Position numbers and translations under genes: made by a program
Notes under the pieces: generated by a model
Database searches by the model: none
Told to the model about the DNA's origin: nothing
Seen by the model: the letters and a program-made list of their open reading frames with translations, nothing else
Assembly (NCBI GenBank): GCA_043825875.1
Contig: JBDRRF010000103.1
Coordinates: 32,001 to 96,000 of the forward strand
Direction of reading: 5' to 3'
Source of the DNA: Pseudomonadota bacterium
GTDB lineage: Bacteria > Desulfobacterota > Desulfobacteria > Desulfobacterales > RPRI01
DNA length: 64,000 nt
Shown here: positions 48,006-57,119 of the stretch, piece by piece
Layout: every line of letters begins with the position of its first letter
How positions within the stretch are numbered: the first letter of the stretch is position 1

Positions 48006-49167
48006 AATTCACATCATAAAATTTCTTCATCAGTATGTTCTTTAGCGAGACCTTCTTTAAATATTCTTTGATCTTTAGCGACGCATTTCCCTGCCCATAA
48101 GGATTCTTTGTGTTTCTCAATATTTTTTTAAACTCTGTAGACAATCCTTTAGTGATGGCATCAACAATCGCCTGCTCCTTTTCTTTACAGTCTATTACAG
48201 AATCAGCCTTTAATCGGCCTTGCTGGCGTTGCCCAATGTTAACGGTGGGTTTATGGAAAGCAGGTGCTTCTATAATCCCGCTTGACGAGTTTCCAATGAT
48301 GACATCTGCATTTTTTACAGCATTGAGATAAAGTAGTTGCCCCATGGATGTGAATACTTTTGCCCGTACAGGATTCTTTTCTACATACTTCTCAATATAA
48401 TGATTAATAATTCGCCCAGCAGCGTCTGCGTTTGCCTTAGTAAAAACAATACTTGCTTCCGGAAATTTATCGATAGCATTTAATAATTCGTTAAATACCT
48501 TTTCAGGCCTTGTATTGCTGAGTGTCTCGGGATGATAGGTAACCAGGAAAGATAGCTTGCCAAGTTGAAAATCGATAGCTTTTTCAAAAGAGGTTTTGCT
48601 GAGAAGCTTCATCTTTTTAATATTATCAAGGCCGGGCGCTCCATAATTCATAACCCGTTCCGGCACTTCGCCTAATTGGACAACTCTCTTGCGATATGGT
48701 TCAGCCGCGGTAAAATGAAAATGGGACATCTTCGTAATGGCATGGCGTATTGCTTCATCGATGGCCCCCTCCGTGGCTTCGCCGCCATGAATGTGCGCTA
48801 TGGGAATTCTTGCAATCATGGCAGCCTGGGAGGCGGCAAGAATTTCAAACCGGTCGCCGAGAACAACCATAATATCTGGTTTTTGACGAGCAATGGCATC
48901 GGCAAATCCTATAATTCCCAAGCCAAGAGACTTGGTAATCCCGACAGAAGTGTCACTTGAAAGAAGCATCTCTACTTTTTCATCTATTTGGAAGCCATCT
49001 GCCTCGATTATTTGGTATGTCAACCCGAATTCGGGCGAAAGGTGCATGCCCGTGGCTATAATTTGAAGTTTCAGTTCAGGGTCATCCTGGATTTCCTTCA
49101 TAAGCCAATACAGCAAACCATATTCGGCCCGTGTTCCAGTGACGACACAAATCTTTCGTTTATGCAT
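47995..49167 (-). CDS. neuC: Hydrolysing NDP-diacetylbacillosamine 2-epimerase NeuC/LegG
   Basis: VTGTRAEYGLL, GMHLSPEFG, LGDRFE, HIHGGE, GNSSSGIIEAP. Confidence 0.93.
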   Translation of the reverse strand: MHKRKICVVTGTRAEYGLLYWLMKEIQDDPELKLQIIATGMHLSPEFGLTYQIIEADGFQIDEKVEMLLSSDTSVGITKSLGLGIIGFADAIARQKPDIMVVLGDRFEILAASQAAMIARIPIAHIHGGEATEGAIDEAIRHAITKMSHFHFTAAEPYRKRVVQLGEVPERVMNYGAPGLDNIKKMKLLSKTSFEKAIDFQLGKLSFLVTYHPETLSNTRPEKVFNELLNAIDKFPEASIVFTKANADAAGRIINHYIEKYVEKNPVRAKVFTSMGQLLYLNAVKNADVIIGNSSSGIIEAPAFHKPTVNIGQRQQGRLKADSVIDCKEKEQAIVDAITKGLSTEFKKILRNTKNPYGQGNASLKIKEYLKKVSLKNILMKKFYDVNYDN

Positions 49168-50338
49168 CTTGCTCTCCAAGGAAAGCGCTGCTAGGAATAT
49201 TAATCAGCCTTGCTTCCAGACTTTCAGCACAAGAAAGATCCATGCGTGGGCAATCGCGAAACATAACCAGCTTATTCAGAAGGGTCCAGACTGGCCGGGT
49301 CATGATCCCTGCGTCGTTTGTCTTTTCCAATAGTTCATTCCGTTGTTTCTGATTGACTTCGTCAAGCAATAAGACATTCAGCCAATAATTGCTTTTCGAA
49401 TGGGACGGTTCCGTGAAGAATTGAATGCCGTCAGTATTCTCAAAAGCACGGTTGTAACGGGCGGCAAGATCTCTTTTCTTTTCCAAGAATCCGGGAAGTT
49501 GTTCCATTTGGGCGCAACCAAGAGCGGCATTGATATTGGGCAGACGATAGTTATAACCAATGTGATCGTGGCAATATTCCCAGCGGTGAGGTATTTTTGC
49601 TGTGGATGTCAGATGTTTCGCCAATTTTGCCAAGGCTTCGTCATTTGTAATGATCGCACCGCCGCCGCCTGTGGTGATGGTTTTGTTCCCATTGAAACTC
49701 ATAATTGATAGTTTCCCCCAATTTCCTGTATGCTTGCCTTTGTATAATGAACCCAGGGATTCTGCTGCGTCTTCAATCATTTCGATCTTGTACTCTCTGC
49801 AAATCTCGGCAAGGGGATCGAGATCAATTGGATGACCAAATATATGCACCGGAATGACAGCTTTAATTCGTCTTCCGGAAAATTTGTTTATACAGGTATC
49901 AGATTTCAACTTAGCAATATTTTTGAGATAGTCCTTAAGTTTATGGGGGTCAAGTCCCAACGTTCTTTCTTCACTGTCAACAAAATGGGGAATAGCACCG
50001 CAATGGGCTACTGCGTTGGCTGTCGCTACAAAGGTTAGGGCCGGAACAAGAACTTCATCACCCAATTTTATGCCTGCTAATTCCAGTGCGATTTGGAGTG
50101 ATGCAGTACCATTGACAACCGCTACGGCTTTTTTTACACCTGTAAAGTCAGCAAGCATATCTTCAAAACGATCAACATATTTACCAACATATGAGACCCA
50201 AGTTGAATCGATGCAGTCTTTGACATAGGCCCATTCGTTGCCGTTGAAGCGCGGCTCATGGAGTGATACCGGACATTCGCGGTCGGGGATGACGGTTTTG
50301 ATAGCGTTGATGATGCCTTCAACATCCAGCTGTGCCAC
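49160..50338 (-). CDS. legC: LegC-family PLP aminotransferase
   Basis: LHEPRF, VNGTASL, EDAAESLGS, SFNGNKTITTGGGG. Confidence 0.92.
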   Translation of the reverse strand: MAQLDVEGIINAIKTVIPDRECPVSLHEPRFNGNEWAYVKDCIDSTWVSYVGKYVDRFEDMLADFTGVKKAVAVVNGTASLQIALELAGIKLGDEVLVPALTFVATANAVAHCGAIPHFVDSEERTLGLDPHKLKDYLKNIAKLKSDTCINKFSGRRIKAVIPVHIFGHPIDLDPLAEICREYKIEMIEDAAESLGSLYKGKHTGNWGKLSIMSFNGNKTITTGGGGAIITNDEALAKLAKHLTSTAKIPHRWEYCHDHIGYNYRLPNINAALGCAQMEQLPGFLEKKRDLAARYNRAFENTDGIQFFTEPSHSKSNYWLNVLLLDEVNQKQRNELLEKTNDAGIMTRPVWTLLNKLVMFRDCPRMDLSCAESLEARLINIPSSAFLGEQDA

Positions 50339-51348
50339 TATATGTTATATTCTCCCGGCTTGTATTGCCTTAAATATTCTGTATTGGTAAACCACTCTAC
50401 TGTTTCCTGTAACCCTCTTTTCAGTCCTTCGATACCTCCGTAGGCAGGAGTCCAACCTGTTAATTTTTCAGCTTTGCTGTTATCAGCCCAAAGCCTTTCA
50501 ACTTCGCTATTCTCCGGTCTGATCCGTTGCAAATCGCTTTCGATATCTATGTTCATATTCATGATATCGGCAATAATATTTACGGTTTCACCGATAGAAA
50601 CTTCAAAATTACTGCCTATATTGATTACTTCCCCTATGGCCTGATCTGCCTCCGCTACAGCTATAAAACCGTTTACTGTATCTTTAACATAGTTAAAATC
50701 TCGTGTCGGATGCAATGATCCCAATTTAATTTTCCTGGTACCAATAGCAATCTGGGTAATAACTGTTGGAATAACTGCCCGTGCCGACTGTCTTGGCCCA
50801 TAGGTGTTAAAAGGGCGAACAATGCTTATGGGTGTATCGAATGCATGATAAAAAGACATGGCAATCTGATCTGCACCAATTTTGCTTGCAGAATAAGGCG
50901 ACTGGCCCTGTAGTGGATGGTCTTCGGTTATGGGCACGAATCGGGCAGTACCGTAAACTTCGCTCGTGGATGTATGAATGATCTTCGATATCCCAAGTTC
51001 CCGTGCTGCCTGCACAACATTAAGAGACCCTTTTACGTTGGTATCAATATAAGTATTTGGTGAATGGTACGAGTAAGGAATGGAAATCAAAGCAGCCAGA
51101 TGGAAAACCACATCACATCCCTTCATGGCCTGCCGGACACCATGCGGATCTCTGATATCACCTGCAAATATTTCCATATTCTTTTTAATCTCCGGTTCCA
51201 AATGATCAAGCCAACCCCAGGAATTAAAGGAATTATACAGGACGAACGCCCGGACATTATAACCGTGCCTGATCAGTTCTTCTGTCAGGTGGGATCCGAT
51301 AAAACCGTCAGCACCAGTTATGAGAATTTTTTTGTTTTGAAGATTCAT
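50338..51348 (-). CDS. legB: LegB NAD-dependent 4,6-dehydratase
   Basis: TGADGFIGSHL, YNSFNSWGWLD, TSTSEVYG, YSASK, RPFNTYGPRQSARA. Confidence 0.92.
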   Translation of the reverse strand: MNLQNKKILITGADGFIGSHLTEELIRHGYNVRAFVLYNSFNSWGWLDHLEPEIKKNMEIFAGDIRDPHGVRQAMKGCDVVFHLAALISIPYSYHSPNTYIDTNVKGSLNVVQAARELGISKIIHTSTSEVYGTARFVPITEDHPLQGQSPYSASKIGADQIAMSFYHAFDTPISIVRPFNTYGPRQSARAVIPTVITQIAIGTRKIKLGSLHPTRDFNYVKDTVNGFIAVAEADQAIGEVINIGSNFEVSIGETVNIIADIMNMNIDIESDLQRIRPENSEVERLWADNSKAEKLTGWTPAYGGIEGLKRGLQETVEWFTNTEYLRQYKPGEYNI

Positions 51349-51539
51349 TTTTGTTTATTCCGCCACACCATGCCAGCTTATATATAATGTTTGAGAGCTT
51401 AACATAACTACCCCCAAAATGCTTTTCGGTAGCTTCTTTTTTACTTCTTAAATTCACATCATAAAAGAAGCCGTTATTTGAATTTAACATACTAAATTAA
51501 CTTAATATTAATCTATGATATGCCATGTTGTAACTAAAT

Positions 51540-51860
51540 TCAAACACTGTGGTGCTTGGCATTTTTTATGTGTTCAATGAACAAGGCGATGAAAGTCGCT
51601 ATGAATAAAGATATTACACCGAAAATCAATGCAATTTTTCTAATATTTACTGCTCTTATTTTATTTATTCCAGGATACCTTACAATTTTGACGGCATTAC
51701 TTAAGAAAGCACTAAGATATTCCATGTTCAAATCATTTGCCGTTTTTGATAAAACAAAAATTCTGTCGTTTATATTCTTTAGATTCTCCTGTAGGTAGGT
51801 AAAATTTTCCTTTTCCCTCTTTTTTCTTTCAACTTTTAAAATCTTTGAGATCTGTATTTG
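51540..51860 (-). pseudogene. C-terminal fragment of a second Wzz-like chain-length determinant
   Basis: Frame open from 51860 with no proper start; coiled-coil segment, then VRYP and a C-terminal TM helix (IALIFGVISLFIATFIALFIEHIKN). Confidence 0.55.
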
Positions 51861-52545
51861 TCAATAATTACAGCCAAAATCATGCTTAAGATCAACGAAA
51901 AGAAGAAAACCATAGTAGTTGAAACAAGTATTTTTGGTCTAACCGGTTTATCCTCTATTGTCGGAGAAGAGTGTATTATAATTTTGTGTGTAGCAGCAGC
52001 TTCTTTCTGCAGTTTTGCAATTATAATCTCTAAATCCTGTCTTTCCAGTTCTAAATCTTTAACCTTTCCCTGAAGTGAATTAAGATATATCTGCTTATCA
52101 AGAACTTCTTTGGAACAAAGGAATTTTAATATATTACTATACGCCTGATTATTTACAGCCTGTTTGCATTCGGCTTCAATTCTATTTATATCTTTTTGTA
52201 GCTTTGCTTCCTGCTCTTTCGCAAGATTCATCTTAATTACTTTATTCTGGTATTCATTCTCATAAGCTTTTTTTGCTTTTCTGTCACTACATCAGATTCG
52301 AACCTTGCCTGAGTATAATTTGAGATTTTTGGCATAAATTCATTTAATATAGCAATTCCTTTTTGAGTATCCCTGCTTTCAATTGAAATTTCCAGTAAAT
52401 TGTTACTGCCAATAATTTTAGTTTTAATTTGTGGGATATCTGAAATATCTAGTGATAATTTTTCTGCAATCTCTTTATTGAAAATTCCTCCAAGAAGCAC
52501 ATCGCTGATTTCAGCCGGAGAAACTATGATCTTTTGAAGTGAATA
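51836..52545 (-). pseudogene. wzz: Wzz-like chain-length determinant, 5'-truncated and frameshifted
   Basis: 52237..52500 (LLEISIESRDTQKGIAILN) joins 51836..52231 (coiled coil, SSPTIEDKPVRPK plus TM) by a -1 shift at the A7 run 52268-52274; the N-terminal TM is absent. Confidence 0.7.
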
Positions 52546-53107
52546 CTATTTTGTCTTTTGAAATATTATTTATTTCTTGCAAAAATTCTTCAACAGGTTT
52601 TTCATCGGAATAAAGAAGCTTGTCATATGTAAAATCGTTTAAGCGATCCACTGATTCAATAGTAAAACCAAAGAAATTATCTCCTTTTTTATCTTCATCA
52701 AATATTGCTATCAACTTAATTGATGTTTCCTGCAAAGATAAATAGGCAATTTCTGCAAGATCTGTTGCTCCGTAGAAAGCTATTCGCTTAACATTTTGTT
52801 CGGAAAGAGCGGCAAACAGATTTTTAAGTTTCTTTCGGGCATCTTTATAAAAACGATAGGAATATTCAATATACTGATAAGTCAGGCGGGTTTTTTCAGC
52901 AGCACCTTTGGGGGTTAAAATATATGTAACTCTGTTTTTAGGAATGTTGACTATCTTGAAATATCCTTTGCGGGCAAGCCTTTTTATAAAAGAATTTACA
53001 AGCCCGAGCGAAATATTGAGATTTTTAGCAATATCTCTTTGGCTTAAAAGTTCTTCTTTATTGAGTTCTTCAAGAATTTTTAGAGTATGTATATCCGGAG
53101 TTCTCAT
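52511..53107 (-). CDS. EPS-associated MarR-like winged-HTH regulator with C-terminal Rossmann-like domain
   Basis: SQRDIAKNLNISLGLVNSFIKRL, YILTPKGAAEKTRL, RIAFYGATDLAEIAY. Confidence 0.85.
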   Translation of the reverse strand: MRTPDIHTLKILEELNKEELLSQRDIAKNLNISLGLVNSFIKRLARKGYFKIVNIPKNRVTYILTPKGAAEKTRLTYQYIEYSYRFYKDARKKLKNLFAALSEQNVKRIAFYGATDLAEIAYLSLQETSIKLIAIFDEDKKGDNFFGFTIESVDRLNDFTYDKLLYSDEKPVEEFLQEINNISKDKIVFTSKDHSFSG

Positions 53108-53124
53108 AAAATTTTATGATTATT

Positions 53125-53266
53125 GAGCCACTTTCAAAACGTTTCAGTTTGGTCAAGCTCAAGGCGGGAGAAAATTTCAACCACAGGAATACATCGAGTA
53201 TTTCGAGGATTGAAATTTGAGCCCAACGCCGAGATCGGCCAAAATGGGGCGTTTTGAAACTGGCTC
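53125..53266. mobile_element. 142-bp MITE-like palindromic element, copy 1
   Basis: 17-bp terminal inverted repeats GAGCCACTTTCAAAACG / CGTTTTGAAACTGGCTC (1 mismatch), nested internal IRs, second copy at 55579. Confidence 0.8.
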
Positions 53267-53683
53267 TTTTCTTTTATAGAATTCTTAGGATTTCAAACCA
53301 GATTCAAGGGAAAAACTAACAAACAGCCCAATAGTTTGGTATGATTCCTGTGTTTTGGTTTGGGAGATTTATTGCAGACAGCTCCGCCCGGTAAATTACA
53401 AAACGATGCCTCTAAACAATATCTCTTTTAGCTGCTTTGCGGCAGATTCTGACTAATCTGTCTGTATTACTCAACGGCTACTCGAAATCATGAAATAATG
53501 ATAATATAAAATGCTATCAAATTTATACTTACTGTAGTCTGGCAACTAATTTTTTCATCTTAACTAATTTTTTGGCAAAACTGGATATTTTTTAAGGATA
53601 TTATGTAATTAATTGATATTGCCAACTCACCTGTCTAATACCAACATGATTATTGAAGTGCTTTAAAAAACTGGATTTATTTT

Positions 53684-53718
53684 TGTTCATATATTGAACA
53701 TATCAGAGCATTTGTCAA
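53684..53718 (-). promoter_or_regulatory. Candidate sigma70 promoter (-35 TTGACA at 53718-53713) overlapped by palindromic operator TGTTCA-N5-TGAACA (53684-53700)
   Basis: Perfect -35 facing the cluster and a perfect 6-bp inverted repeat across the expected -10 region; the -10 itself is weak. Confidence 0.5.
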
Positions 53719-53944
53719 GTATAAATTAGTCCTCTCTTACTGAACTATATGATATTAATATCTATCAATATAATAGCAGAATCTGAAATATATTTAACGA
53801 ATCTCTAAAAAAAGATCCAAAAAGTTAGTAATTCACAATTACTATTATAAATTAACAGTCTGACAATATTAGATATAATATTTATATGGCTTTCAATAAA
53901 TTACTTATTTTACAGACTTGACGATTTAGAATATAGGCAGGAAG

Positions 53945-53992
53945 ATAAAACGCAAATCCGGTCACAGATAATTTTCTGCGGCCGGATTTGTG
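53945..53992 (-). terminator. Rho-independent terminator of comEA
   Basis: Stem CAAATCCGGTCACAGA / TCTGCGGCCGGATTTG followed on the minus strand by TTTTATCTT. Confidence 0.7.
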
Positions 53993-54007
53993 GAAAATAC
54001 TATAAAT

Positions 54008-54298
54008 TTATTTATGCATTTCAACACTTATAATATCTTTATTACGATCAAAAATTTTCTGACCGATACCGGGCACTTTCATTAGATCTTCCGGTTTGAC
54101 AAATGGACCGTTTTTTTCTCTGTAATCAACTATTTTTTGGGCAACTTTAGCGCCGACTTTCTTGAGCTTTACAAGCTCCTTCACGGTTGCCGTATTAATG
54201 TTGATCTTGGCTTCATCTTTTGCAAAGGCAGTAGCCCCTGAAGCTAAAACAAACGCAACCACAACACACAAACCAATAAATCGCTTTAATTTTCGCAT
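54008..54298 (-). CDS. comEA: ComEA-family helix-hairpin-helix protein with signal peptide
   Basis: ININTAT..EL..L..VGAKVAQKIVDYRE.NGPF...DLMKVPGIG; AGGAGA RBS before ATG 54298. Confidence 0.88.
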   Translation of the reverse strand: MRKLKRFIGLCVVVAFVLASGATAFAKDEAKININTATVKELVKLKKVGAKVAQKIVDYREKNGPFVKPEDLMKVPGIGQKIFDRNKDIISVEMHK

Positions 54299-54589
54299 TT
54301 CAAATCTCCTTTGTTTGTTTGTTCTCGGTAATAACCAAATACCCACAATAGCAGATATATCAGACCTGCTAGCTTAAAGGCGTATACCCACAAGATCAGG
54401 GTAGACACATTTGGATTTTACTAAAATATAGTTTAATTAAACTATTATAATTTTTTATAACATACGGCACCCCACAGATAGCATACAGATTAGCATGCAA
54501 AAAGAGTTCTTGATTTTTATAAGAATAATTGACAGTATATTGACTATATTAGATTAATTATACTTGTATTGATATTGGAAAAAAATATA

Positions 54590-55564
54590 ATGATAATAGA
54601 TGAAGCCATTGAAGTCTTAAAAATTGAAGCACAAGGAATTTTAAATTTAATAGACCGTATAGATAACAATTTTGCCAAAATGGTGGAGCTGATTTATAAA
54701 TCAAAAGGCCGGGTAATAGTCAGCGGAATAGGGAAGTCGGGAATCATCGGGAGAAAAATAGTTGCAACCTTAAATAGTACTGGTACACGATCTTTTTTTC
54801 TGCATCCTGTTGAAGCAATGCACGGAGACCTTGGCCTTGTTTGCAAAGATGATATTTTTCTTGCGCTTTCAAACAGCGGTGAAACAGACGAGTTGAACGT
54901 ACTGATTCCAACTATCCGGAAAATGAAATGTATGGTAATAGCATTTACCGGAAAAACAAATTCCACACTGGCAAAATACAGCGATATTGTCATTGACATC
55001 GGAGTCGAGAAAGAAGCATGCCCTTTGGGGTTGGCACCTACTGCCAGTACTACTGCCCTGCTTGCTATGGGCGATGCTCTTGCTGTTACTCTTATTAAAA
55101 AGAAGAAATTTAAATCAAGCGATTTTAAAAAGGTTCATCCCGGTGGGGTGCTTGGCCAGCAACTTTCCAGCATGGTTAAAGATATAATGCTTACAGGGGA
55201 ATCATTACCGGTAGTATTTAAAGGGGCAGGCATCACAGAGGCCATACAGAAAGCCGATTCAGGCGGCCTGGGCGCAACCCTTGTTCTGGAAAAAGACGGT
55301 ACGCTTGCCGGTATAATAACCGATGGAGATATAAGGCGTATGATAGCCAAAAATCAAAATGCCCAAGAACTTAAAGCCGAAGATATTATGACCCAAAATC
55401 CCAGAACCGCAAAACCCGATTCTCCGGCTTATGACGCATTATATCTTATGGAAAAATTTCTTATCACAGTACTTCCCATAACGGATTCTGACAACAAAAT
55501 TCTTGGGGTATTGCATCTTCATGACATACTAGGCAAAGGCAGTTTCAGATTTAACGGGAATTAA
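54590..55564 (+). CDS. kdsD: Arabinose-5-phosphate isomerase KdsD/KpsF
   Basis: GIGKSG, HPVEAMHGDLG, SNSGET, EACPLGLAPTASTT, HPGG, CBS pair. Confidence 0.93.
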   Translation: MIIDEAIEVLKIEAQGILNLIDRIDNNFAKMVELIYKSKGRVIVSGIGKSGIIGRKIVATLNSTGTRSFFLHPVEAMHGDLGLVCKDDIFLALSNSGETDELNVLIPTIRKMKCMVIAFTGKTNSTLAKYSDIVIDIGVEKEACPLGLAPTASTTALLAMGDALAVTLIKKKKFKSSDFKKVHPGGVLGQQLSSMVKDIMLTGESLPVVFKGAGITEAIQKADSGGLGATLVLEKDGTLAGIITDGDIRRMIAKNQNAQELKAEDIMTQNPRTAKPDSPAYDALYLMEKFLITVLPITDSDNKILGVLHLHDILGKGSFRFNGN

Positions 55565-55578
55565 AAAAAATGAATCAG

Positions 55579-55743
55579 GAGCCACTTTCAAAACGTTTCA
55601 GTTTGGTCAAGCTCAAGGCGGGAGAAAATTTCAACCGCAGGAATACATTAAGTATTTCGAGGATAGCGCTAAAGCTTCACTTCGTGCGAAATTTGAGCCC
55701 AACGCTTAAGATCGGCTAAAATGGGGCGTTTTGAAACTGGCTC
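55579..55743. mobile_element. MITE-like element copy 2, with a 23-bp internal insert
   Basis: Same TIRs and body as 53125..53266; AGCGCTAAAGCTTCACTTCGTGC at 55665-55687 replaces a single T. Confidence 0.8.
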
Positions 55744-55768
55744 CCGGTTTTGATGGAATTAAGCAACT

Positions 55769-57100
55769 ATGGATAATAACAGCTATTATGAAATTGACAC
55801 AACAATTCCTGTACTGGGAGAAGCAAAGATACCGGCGCCTGTTCATTATAATGAAAATGGGGATGTTAAGCAGACTTTCATTTCGGATAAGGACAAAGTA
55901 CTAATAGATGTAAATCCTTATAGAATTACCAAAATGGTAAAAGAAGGTAAAAAACTTCCTTCATTTGAAATGGCTGGCCCTAGAGAAATGATCTATTTTG
56001 ATCCCAGTAAGCTAAGATGTGCACTTGTAACATGCGGCGGGCTTTGTCCGGGATTAAATGATATTATTCGCTCAATAGTCTTAGAGCTTTACCACAGATA
56101 CGGAGTGCGTAATATCTATGGTATCAGATATGGCCTCCAGGGCTTTATCCCTAAGTACGGTCATGATATTATGGAGCTTAAGCCAGATAATATTTTGCAT
56201 ATACTTGAAATAGGCGGATCTATTCTTGGCTCATCCAGAGGGCCGCAGTCAATTGATGAAATTGTGGACAGTCTCGAAAGAATGGGAATCGGCGCTCTTT
56301 TCATGATTGGAGGTGATGGAACTCTTAGGGCAGCGATAAAGATTGCAGATGAAATCTTTAAAAGAGGTCTTAAAATAAGTGTCGTTGGTATTCCAAAGAC
56401 TATTGATAACGATATTTATATGGTTTCCCGGTCATTCGGATTTGATACTGCCGTTGATGTAGCAACTCTTGCGATAAAAAGCGCGCATAACGAATCGAGC
56501 AGTTTTTTAAACGGCATAGGGCTTATTAAACTCATGGGAAGATATTCAGGTTTCATAGCTGCAACTTCGGTTCTTGCCCAGCAGGATGTAAACTTTGTTC
56601 TTATTCCCGAAATAGATTTTGATATCGATGGCCCAAAAGGACTTTTATCATCTTTAGAAAAGCGGCTGATAGAAAGAAAACATGCAGTAATAATTGTTGC
56701 AGAAGGAGCCGGGCAAAGATTTGTTAAAAGTGAAGATAAAGAAGTTGACGCATCAGGCAATATAAAGTTAAACGATTTCACTTCGTTTTTAAAAGATGCC
56801 ATACTGGACTATTTCAAATCCAAGAAAATTGAAATATCATTGAAACATATAGATCCAAGCTACATTATCAGAAGCCTTCCTGCAAACGCCAATGACCATG
56901 TTTTTTGCAGTTTTCTCGGAAGAGACGCTGTGCATGCTGCAATGGCAGGTAAAACCAAGCTTCTTGTCGGAAGCTGGAGCAATAATTTTGTTCATATCCC
57001 TATGATTGAGTCAGCAAAAAAGAGAAAACAGGTAAATCCGCACGGAAAGCTGTGGCAAAGCGTACTTGAAGCAACAGGGCAGGGACCTTTGAAAAACTAG
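55769..57100 (+). CDS. pfkA: ATP-dependent 6-phosphofructokinase (long type)
   Basis: VTCGGLCPGLN, GSSRG, IGGDGT, PKTIDNDI, LMGR, VAEGAG. Confidence 0.92.
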   Translation: MDNNSYYEIDTTIPVLGEAKIPAPVHYNENGDVKQTFISDKDKVLIDVNPYRITKMVKEGKKLPSFEMAGPREMIYFDPSKLRCALVTCGGLCPGLNDIIRSIVLELYHRYGVRNIYGIRYGLQGFIPKYGHDIMELKPDNILHILEIGGSILGSSRGPQSIDEIVDSLERMGIGALFMIGGDGTLRAAIKIADEIFKRGLKISVVGIPKTIDNDIYMVSRSFGFDTAVDVATLAIKSAHNESSSFLNGIGLIKLMGRYSGFIAATSVLAQQDVNFVLIPEIDFDIDGPKGLLSSLEKRLIERKHAVIIVAEGAGQRFVKSEDKEVDASGNIKLNDFTSFLKDAILDYFKSKKIEISLKHIDPSYIIRSLPANANDHVFCSFLGRDAVHAAMAGKTKLLVGSWSNNFVHIPMIESAKKRKQVNPHGKLWQSVLEATGQGPLKN

Positions 57101-57119
57101 CAGACAGGAGCGCCTGGGT

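Noticed and set aside
51308..51490. 60-aa ORF upstream of legB
   Set aside because: No motif, overlaps legB out of frame; possibly debris
411..52073. Many short plus-strand ORFs in the track
   Set aside because: They are antisense shadows of well-supported minus-strand genes and show no recognisable motifs
53425..53470. c-di-GMP-I riboswitch (GCCGCAAAGC on the minus strand)
   Set aside because: The upstream GGCAAAC/GAAA tetraloop stem and the downstream stem are missing
53606..53618. IHF consensus TATCAA-N4-TTA on the minus strand
   Set aside because: Expected by chance in such AT-rich DNA
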